Positions 1 to 5,862 of a stretch of 53,289 bases of DNA are shown here, piece after piece; the stretch's first letter is position 1, and each line of letters begins with the position of its first letter. The notes beneath the pieces are model-generated. The model was given only the letters and a program-made list of their open reading frames with translations. It was not told where the DNA came from and searched no databases. The position numbers and the translations under genes were made by a program. The DNA comes from a virus (lineage: Duplodnaviria > Caudoviricetes): positions 1 through 53,289 of IMG/VR virus record IMGVR_UViG_3300030101_004884; one strand, 5' to 3'.

Positions 1-99
1 TCCGCTACTAAATACGGTTTTTACGTTTTTACCCTTGTTTAATACGTTCTCCAGTGCCTTAATCATGATGCTACCCCTTTAATGTTTTGAGCGATTTCT
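1..99. repeat. 99-bp terminal overlap, identical to 53191..53289 (circular assembly)
   Basis: Exact identity of the first and last 99 nt; the minus-strand operon reads through the junction. Confidence 0.97.
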
Positions 100-149
100 A
101 TCGCTAGTTTTTTTGTTGTTTCGATGATTTCTCTAATAAGTTTTTTCAT
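63..149 (-). CDS. 28-aa peptide MKKLIREIIETTKKLAIEIAQNIKGVAS (not in ORF track)
   Basis: ATGA overlap with the stop of the upstream ORF (146-149) and TGA/ATG overlap with the next gene (66 = 53256). Confidence 0.6.
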   Translation of the reverse strand: MKKLIREIIETTKKLAIEIAQNIKGVAS

Positions 150-334
150 GAATTCACCTCATCCAAGGGCGAGAAGAAACACTTCTGGCAGCGATGCATG
201 CCATTGAGGCTGTCAACGGTGCTGTGGGTACGAAAAGGTTTTTTACCCTTTGGTGTGCAATCCTCACACACCATAACCATATGGCCAATTTGGCCTGTTG
301 GGAGTTTTACTGCGATTTCATTAATTTTTTTCAT
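146..334 (-). CDS. small Zn-binding hypothetical protein (CEDC...CQKC)
   Basis: Start moved to MKKINE, which follows a purine-rich RBS (GGCAGGGA); two CxxC pairs. Confidence 0.6.
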   Translation of the reverse strand: MKKINEIAVKLPTGQIGHMVMVCEDCTPKGKKPFRTHSTVDSLNGMHRCQKCFFSPLDEVNS

Positions 335-447
335 AACTGATCCCTGCCTTCCTCTATTTTGTAACACTAAACCCAAGGTATTTACAACACTAACAACACG
401 AAAAACACGAAAAAGATTAAAGACGATGATAACGTGTTGAAATTTAA

Positions 448-744
448 TCATCTTTTAAAGTTTAAATTTCGAGTATCTCTATATCTGGTCTTTTTATAAT
501 CAGGATCTTCGTTTTTTTTCTCGACTCTAAACCCCTTTAGCTCAAATATTTCAAAAAAATTCGTCCCACAATCCTCACATGTCGTAAATAACTCTATACA
601 AGTGTTAGATTTTCGCTTAACAAACCGACTTCCTGGTGCCACCACAAAACGATAAGAACCCTTGTTTTCTCGGCCACATACAGGACATTTTATCTCGTCT
701 CGTTTAGCGTTTTTTCTGTATTCCTTTTGTGATAATTTTTTCAT
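448..744 (-). CDS. Zn-ribbon protein, paralog of 51443..51706
   Basis: MKKLSQK.Y...CPxCG...CEDCGT.F.E.F.L.G shared with the 51443 ORF; ATGA overlap with the upstream gene. Confidence 0.75.
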   Translation of the reverse strand: MKKLSQKEYRKNAKRDEIKCPVCGRENKGSYRFVVAPGSRFVKRKSNTCIELFTTCEDCGTNFFEIFELKGFRVEKKNEDPDYKKTRYRDTRNLNFKR

Positions 745-1193
745 GATAATCCCTCTTTTCTGCATCCCTTCCTACATCCTTCCCACTGACAATTTTCACC
801 ACGCCACCGGAGCCACTTACAGCGAACCTTTAGGAAATGGGCGCTGTCCAGCTCCTGATAAAAAGCACATAGCTCTAAAAGGCCATAAACGTCCTCTTGA
901 TCTAGTGTAAAGTCGTAGCCCCTGGAATGGAGGTCACGGTTAAAACCCCTCACTTTAGCGTGCAAAATGCCGATGATTTGATGTGACTCTAGACCCCTAG
1001 TAGGTTTAAAAAACGCGCTATAGGCTTCTGAGGGGCCTCCTAGAAAGCGAACAGCGCCATTAAAGCATAGCGTGAATTCGAGCATGTCTCCCTTGAGTAG
1101 TTTTTCCTTAAGCCACTTTTCTACTTTTAAGCCCCTGGCGATGGATTCTTTTTTCAATTCTTTCTCTACTTCTATGATTGTTTCTTTTTCCAT
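741..1193 (-). CDS. hypothetical protein, first gene of the leftward early operon
   Basis: 150-aa ORF with GAAGGAAG RBS; coupled to the next gene. Confidence 0.65.
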   Translation of the reverse strand: MEKETIIEVEKELKKESIARGLKVEKWLKEKLLKGDMLEFTLCFNGAVRFLGGPSEAYSAFFKPTRGLESHQIIGILHAKVRGFNRDLHSRGYDFTLDQEDVYGLLELCAFYQELDSAHFLKVRCKWLRWRGENCQWEGCRKGCRKEGLS

Positions 1194-1194
1194 G

Positions 1195-1435
1195 ATGTTT
1201 TTTCTTCCTTCTATTTGTTAAACCGTCTCAGTCTTTTAAAACTCGCAGTTCGTAATGATTTTTTTCTCTCACCTGTTAAACGATGCCAGTTATAGATTTC
1301 TCGCATTTGGTAGTCGTTTTTTTCACCTCTCATATACGAAACCAGCTCAAGTGTATTTTTCTGGCAGTTCGCAATGATTTTTTTTCGCTTCTACAAATAA
1401 AACGATTCTCACGTCATTTTCTGACAGTTTAATGT
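1195..1435. repeat. degenerate ~60-bp tandem repeat (about 4 units)
   Basis: CTSRCAKTT cores at 1242, 1300, 1361 and 1421; the first three are followed by T-tracts. Confidence 0.55.
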
Positions 1436-1487
1436 AAAAAAAAGCAATAAAGGATATGTAGGACTATAAGTAGCTGATTTTATTGAC

Positions 1488-1772
1488 GTTACAAAAGTAA
1501 CAAAACGAAAATAAAAATGTAACCGCTAAAAGTCTTTTGTTTTCAATACGTTAGGCTATAAATTGGGCCTGAGTTACAAAACACAAAAAATTTACCCTAC
1601 CTATATAGAGAATTGAATTATGGATGTGATCTGTGTTGGGTGGGAAATTTATTCTCAGTATATATGGTTTTGTTTGTAACTTTGTAACTCTATTATTTTT
1701 CTTAGTTAAGTGTCTCTAAATTAAAAGCTTTTTCGGTTACAACAAATTGTAACTCTTTTGTCGCCTTGTTAC
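1488..1772. other. candidate replication origin (GTTAC/GTAAC iteron-like pentamers around an AT-rich TATATA core)
   Basis: Nine pentamers (1488, 1497, 1519, 1573, 1676, 1684, 1736, 1749, 1768) in non-coding AT-rich DNA; IHF-like sites near 1467 and 1841. Confidence 0.45.
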
Positions 1773-1887
1773 CCTATTGATTTATAAGGGTTTTCTATTA
1801 TCAACCACACGGTCAATATAGGGTTGAAATGGCGCTCTTGTATGTGTTTGATATATAAGAACTTTTTAGGGCCTATTTTTAGCGTTT

Positions 1888-1902
1888 TGGCACGATTCTT
1901 GC
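1888..1902 (+). promoter_or_regulatory. sigma54 -24/-12 site TGGCACGATTCTTGC
   Basis: Matches TGGCAC-N5-TTGC with exact GG-N10-GC spacing. Confidence 0.8.
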
Positions 1903-2019
1903 GACACTGAACATGTTTTCAGCAATAACTGCGAAGATACGCGCCGATTTTTGCCATTTTGACAAACTTTTGCAGATGTATGGTATTTTTACCATATCGA
2001 TACGTGAATCCGGTTCACG

Positions 2020-2075
2020 AAAAAACTTTTAAAAGGGGGGGGTTGAAAAAAACTTTTAAAAGGGGGGGTCCCCCT
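2020..2075. repeat. two copies of the dispersed AAAACTTTTAAAAGGGGGG element
   Basis: Same motif and orientation at 48294, 51080 and 52162. Confidence 0.8.
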
Positions 2076-2093
2076 TCTCTGGCCTCGCTCGCC

Positions 2094-2233
2094 CGTCAGA
2101 ATTTTGACACGTCAGAATTTTGACACGTCAGATTTCTGGCGTCATTTTTCTGACACGTCAAATCACTGACGCGCCAGATTGTTGACACGTCAAATTTGTG
2201 GCGTCAAATCGATGACGCGCCAAAAAATTGGCG
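2094..2233. repeat. tandem array of nine palindromic CGYCA-N6-TGRCR sites
   Basis: Units of 14-16 bp, e.g. CGTCA GAATTT TGACA, CGTCA AATCAC TGACG, CGCCA AAAAAT TGGCG. Confidence 0.9.
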
Positions 2234-2268
2234 CTAGAAATTGCGAAATTCAAATTCTACTTTTTATA

Positions 2269-2284
2269 TGCAAATTTGGTGCCA
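2269..2284 (-). promoter_or_regulatory. sigma54 -24/-12 site TGGCACCAAATTTGCA
   Basis: Consensus match with GG-N10-GC spacing. Confidence 0.8.
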
Positions 2285-2522
2285 ATTATCGCTTCACCTC
2301 CCAATTATTTTTTCGCCTAATTCAATTATATATAGGGCAAAAAACAAGGTTTTAAGCCCCTTGAATTAGATCCTGGAATTAGATCCTAAATTGCCGCGTC
2401 AATCGGTGCAAATTGGGCAAAATTCAAAATATGATTTTTTATTTTTTACAATTATTTTTTAGCCTAAAATTAAAAGCCTTATTTTTCATCTGTTTATGCT
2501 TTTCTTTTTGTTGTTTTTTTTA

Positions 2523-2551
2523 TTGTTTTCATTGTTTAAAATGTTTATAAA
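2523..2551 (+). promoter_or_regulatory. sigma70-like promoter TTGTTT-17-TATAAA
   Basis: AT-rich sequence upstream; precedes the 2600 operon; spacer begins TCATTG, like other early promoters. Confidence 0.55.
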
Positions 2552-2599
2552 GAGATCACTCTTTAAGAGAATGAACACTAAAAAAAGAAGGGATCAAAA

Positions 2600-2860
2600 A
2601 TGAAAATAGAAATCAACGAGGATTGCAATATCTGCACCGATTGTCTTTTGTATCTGGTCAATGGCGAGGAACCACACAACGAGGATCCGCAGCACCCTTT
2701 TGATGGTACAGGCAACAATACAAAATATTTTTCGTTTTCTTTGAAGAGCGAAGAAACATTTTTTAGCCATACAAGGTGTGATAACTGCCTAAGGCCTTTG
2801 GCTGGTGATCGACACAATGGTGATTTAATAGCTTACAAGACCGAAAAAAAAGAAGGATAA
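2600..2860 (+). CDS. Cys-rich hypothetical early protein
   Basis: RBS AAGGGA; CxxC motifs (ICTDC, RCDNC). Confidence 0.75.
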   Translation: MKIEINEDCNICTDCLLYLVNGEEPHNEDPQHPFDGTGNNTKYFSFSLKSEETFFSHTRCDNCLRPLAGDRHNGDLIAYKTEKKEG

Positions 2861-2866
2861 AAAACA

Positions 2867-3202
2867 ATGAAAAAACTAAATAAAAAAGAAAAAGAGATAT
2901 TTGTAAAACTTGAGAGCCTTCACTTGATGAAGGCTGATCTTAAATCGTCTTTGGCGTCAATTGCGGCACAAATTGCAGCCTATGAATTGCAATTACAAAC
3001 CATTGATCAACGTAAGTTAATCAACGGTAAATTATGGCATAACGGAATTGAGTTATACACGTTTAAAAGAACAACGTGTAAACACAAGAGCGTAGCAATT
3101 GATCTTGTGGAACGTCACGGAATCCCACGGAAAGATCTTGAGGAAGCAATTGAAAAGCATTCAAAGACTAATCAATCATTAAAAACTAAATTAGCATTAT
3201 AG
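2867..3202 (+). CDS. hypothetical coiled-coil early protein
   Basis: RBS GAAGGA; operon spacing. Confidence 0.75.
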   Translation: MKKLNKKEKEIFVKLESLHLMKADLKSSLASIAAQIAAYELQLQTIDQRKLINGKLWHNGIELYTFKRTTCKHKSVAIDLVERHGIPRKDLEEAIEKHSKTNQSLKTKLAL

Positions 3203-3211
3203 GGGTTCAAA

Positions 3212-3445
3212 ATGAAAAAAACGTTAATTCATGTGACTAACGACGAAACGCAAGAAACCAAAACGTATAGGGTTGTAGGCATGACCCATAGCGGATCAAG
3301 GGGCTTGGAGTACCAATTAAGTCCTGATCAACCCTTCGACGGTTTGGTTCATAGCGTTTGCCATGCGCCACCGGATGGAGTTTTAAGGTTTAAGTCAAGT
3401 GGTAATACATACCGAATTGAACACGTTGAAAGGGGCATATCATGA
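3212..3445 (+). CDS. hypothetical early protein
   Basis: RBS AGGGG; ATGA overlap with the next gene. Confidence 0.7.
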   Translation: MKKTLIHVTNDETQETKTYRVVGMTHSGSRGLEYQLSPDQPFDGLVHSVCHAPPDGVLRFKSSGNTYRIEHVERGIS

Positions 3446-4242
3446 GACAGTCAGTAAGGATCGGCGCATATGGCGATCCTTTTGCAGTGCCTAAAAACAT
3501 ATGGGAAAAGCTTTTTAAGGGCAGATCAAAGATCAAGCATAGGAGAAAAGACCTACCCGATCTTGGTTGGATCTTATATCGTGGCCCGTCTATGTTTGAT
3601 CCTAAGACTGAGATCGTGTTGATAGCTACTCGCAATTCGAGAAACATTAAAACTGGTAACATGATCCAGTTATGGATCTTACTTGTGGACATAGCGCCAC
3701 ACGAAGCCACAAAGGAATTGAAAGCTATTTGTGGTGGCTGTTTATATCGGCACGATCTAGCCGACAAGGGCAAAGGTGGCTGTTATGTGTTAAGGCATAA
3801 CGCTCCCTTAAGCATCTGGCGATCTTTTCACTCTGGTAAATATTCAACCGATACCGATCAAGCTTTTGACTTCATAGCAGATCAGATCGATCGCTATGGA
3901 TACACGGGATATAGTGAAGGCTCAATTCGTTTCTTAAACAGTAGAATAAAAGAGAAAGCGCAAAACGCTGAATTTCTAGCGTCTAAAATTATGTTGTCGG
4001 CCAAGTCTCAAATTGAAGCCTTGGAATTACAGCGTAAAGGCTTTAAAACATTTCGACCCGTTGGTTCGCTTGACGAAATGATAGAAGGCGAAACGCTTTG
4101 CGAGTCGGACAAAAACGATCTTCAGTGTGAAGAGTGTCTTAAGTGTGACGCTAAAAACGGATCGATCGTTGTGCTTGCTCATGGGGCAAAAAAGAAAACT
4201 GTATTACATACTATTGGATCCCTAAAACGCGCAACCGCTTAA
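3442..4242 (+). CDS. conserved Cys-rich phage protein (DUF7227/Gp88-like, recalled from memory), apparently with permuted motif order
   Basis: Motifs GWILYRGPS, SRNIKTGNMIQLWIL, ICGGC, CYV, VRIGAYGDP, TGY, GFKTFR, CEECLKC and AHG. Confidence 0.7.
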   Translation: MRQSVRIGAYGDPFAVPKNIWEKLFKGRSKIKHRRKDLPDLGWILYRGPSMFDPKTEIVLIATRNSRNIKTGNMIQLWILLVDIAPHEATKELKAICGGCLYRHDLADKGKGGCYVLRHNAPLSIWRSFHSGKYSTDTDQAFDFIADQIDRYGYTGYSEGSIRFLNSRIKEKAQNAEFLASKIMLSAKSQIEALELQRKGFKTFRPVGSLDEMIEGETLCESDKNDLQCEECLKCDAKNGSIVVLAHGAKKKTVLHTIGSLKRATA

Positions 4243-4269
4243 GCCCTATCGCCTAACCCTAACAAAACG

Positions 4270-4295
4270 AGCCCCCTTTAAAGGGGGCTTTTTTT
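4270..4295 (+). terminator. intrinsic terminator of the 2600-4242 operon
   Basis: AGCCCCC-TTTAAA-GGGGGCT followed by a T run. Confidence 0.85.
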
Positions 4296-4303
4296 ATGCC
4301 TTG

Positions 4304-4411
4304 CGTTCGTCGTTCGTTCGTCGTTCGTCGTCCGTCGTTCGTTCGTCGTTCGTTCGTCGTCCGTCGTTCGTTCGTCGTTCGTCGTTCGTTCGTCGTTCGT
4401 CGTCCGTCGTT
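4304..4411. repeat. A-free CGT/CGTT/CGTC microsatellite, 30 CGT units
   Basis: Directly visible; 108 bp. Confidence 0.95.
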
Positions 4412-4433
4412 GAAAAAATCGATACCTTTTTTT

Positions 4434-4551
4434 TGGTCCTATACTTGCATTATGCAAGATCGGTGCCACTTTTTTGGCATGAACCTTGCAATAATGCAAT
4501 TACCATACCCGAACCAAATTCTGTTTTTGTTGGCATGCAAGTTCCGTGCCA
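4434..4551. promoter_or_regulatory. cluster of five sigma54 -24/-12 sites in both orientations
   Basis: +4434 TGGTCCTATACTTGCA; -4468 TGGCACCGATCTTGCA; +4475 TGGCATGAACCTTGCA; -4510 GGGTATGGTAATTGCA; -4551 TGGCACGGAACTTGCA; all have GG-N10-GC spacing. Confidence 0.8.
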
Positions 4552-4613
4552 GGCCCCCTACCACAACCCAGCGCCAAATTAAGCCCTGAAGGTATCCCAC
4601 CTTTGATTACATT

Positions 4614-4658
4614 AAAAAAGGCCGCCCTTTCAGACGACCCTAGTTGGCCCGACGTTTA
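4614..4658 (-). ncRNA. candidate ~45-nt small RNA
   Basis: Promoter GTGCTT-17-TATTAA (4693..4665), then terminator GGTCGTCT-GAAA-GGGCGGCC-TTTTTT (4639..4614), with no ORF between them. Confidence 0.4.
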
Positions 4659-4917
4659 TGTGGTTTAATACAGGCTCCAAACAATAAAAGCACAATCGAC
4701 AAGCTAGGCCAAGTTTTATTTTCTAGAAATTGCGCTTGCCCAAAAACTGATCGGCCAATTTACAAAAAAACAAATTTTAAGCTGTTTTTGTCAAGGGACA
4801 TTTAGCATCCCCCCTTATTTGTCCCTAGTCATAATCGTTATGCAAACAATAAAGACAATGTAGCTTTTATCGCTAATATATGTTGCAAAAACAGCATTAT
4901 GGACATATTATCTGCAC

Positions 4918-5017
4918 ATCACAAAAAAAGCAGCGGTTTTAACCCCTTCCTTTCCGCTGCTACTTCTTTTTTGTTTGGTAGTTTTCCTCCCCTTGTTCGC
5001 GCAGGGGGAGGTTTTTT
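4918..5017 (+). ncRNA. candidate ~100-nt small RNA with C/U-rich loop
   Basis: TTGCAA-17-TATTAT promoter (4883..4911), hairpin AGCAGCGG/CCGCTGCT (4929..4961), terminator 4986..5017. Confidence 0.5.
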
Positions 5018-5065
5018 ATGGCTTAAGTGCTTGCGCCTAAAGATCCTGTGTGATCTTATACGTTT

Positions 5066-5141
5066 AACACAAGACCCATGTGTTGCGGCGACTCCAGGTG
5101 AACGCTCCCCCAAAAAACCATCATCTGGGGTCGCTTCTTTT
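5066..5141 (+). ncRNA. candidate structured RNA or terminator with CTCCCCC loop
   Basis: Hairpin AACACA/TGTGTT, then a 14-bp stem (5088..5134, two G-U pairs) followed by TTCTTTT. Confidence 0.4.
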
Positions 5142-5159
5142 ATTGGGTAGGGAGTTTTT

Positions 5160-5372
5160 ATGAAGTTACTGGCTGGTGTCGTCGTGTTCGCATCAATTTT
5201 TGGCGCGATCCCTTTTTTGCTTTTCGCCCACCTTCCGGCTTATGCGGCGGTATCGATAAACCTTCTTGTATCAGGGTTGATATTGGGTTTGATGTCTAAT
5301 GCGTCGAAGGAACAAGAAAGACCAGCTAAGCCTCTCACCACCGAAGAACTTATTAGATTGATGAAGAGGTAG
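5160..5372 (+). CDS. small two-TM membrane protein
   Basis: RBS GGGAG; two hydrophobic segments. Confidence 0.7.
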   Translation: MKLLAGVVVFASIFGAIPFLLFAHLPAYAAVSINLLVSGLILGLMSNASKEQERPAKPLTTEELIRLMKR

Positions 5373-5377
5373 GCGTC

Positions 5378-5848
5378 ATGGAAAACCATGAAAGATTTTT
5401 AAGCCATCTTGATAAAAGCTCAGAGGCGGTTTTTGCAGCAGCAGCGTTTCTTCATAAAAAGGGATTGGATGTAAGGATAAACGCAACCCGACGTGCGTCT
5501 TCTCATTCTGAGTGGAAGAAATACAGAGATGATGGCGACATTTATGCATACGACAAAAAAGGCAATTCATACAGAGTTGAGGCCAAGGGTTTAAGTTGCG
5601 ATTTTACCTCCGTGCGGGATTGGAAATTTAAAGACTTCATGGTGTGTGCAAAGCATTCTTTTGACTCTGCATCCCCTAAGCCTTATGCGTATATTATCTT
5701 AAATAAAAACAAGACCCATGCGGCCATAGTCAGGTCGTCAACAAGTTCTTGCTGGGAGACTGTTTCAAGAAAAGACTCAAGGTATGATAATGTTGTGCAG
5801 GAATTTTACACATGCCCCATGGGAAGCATTGATTGGGTTAGTTTATAA
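5378..5848 (+). CDS. hypothetical protein, possible PD-(D/E)xK nuclease fold
   Basis: DDGD...VEAK pattern; RBS GAGGT. Confidence 0.65.
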   Translation: MENHERFLSHLDKSSEAVFAAAAFLHKKGLDVRINATRRASSHSEWKKYRDDGDIYAYDKKGNSYRVEAKGLSCDFTSVRDWKFKDFMVCAKHSFDSASPKPYAYIILNKNKTHAAIVRSSTSSCWETVSRKDSRYDNVVQEFYTCPMGSIDWVSL

Positions 5849-5862
5849 AAAAAGAGGTAGGC

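Noticed and set aside
1-99. 99-bp terminal repeat as the biological terminal repeat
   Set aside because: It falls mid-operon and its length equals a common assembler k-mer, so it is best read as circular overlap.
1195-2233. CRISPR or mini-CRISPR array
   Set aside because: The 60-bp units are degenerate along their whole length and the 14-16 bp array has only 6-nt spacers; no cas genes.
2229-2244. Extra sigma54 site TGGCGCTAGAAATTGC (and TGGCATGCAAGTTCC at 4531)
   Set aside because: The first has GG-N11-GC spacing and the second lacks the -12 GC.
4278-4589. Arg/Ser/Val-rich ORFs 4278..4499, 4296..4589 and 4301..4582
   Set aside because: They stay open because the microsatellite contains no stop codons; no RBS, and they overlap the terminator and sigma54 sites.
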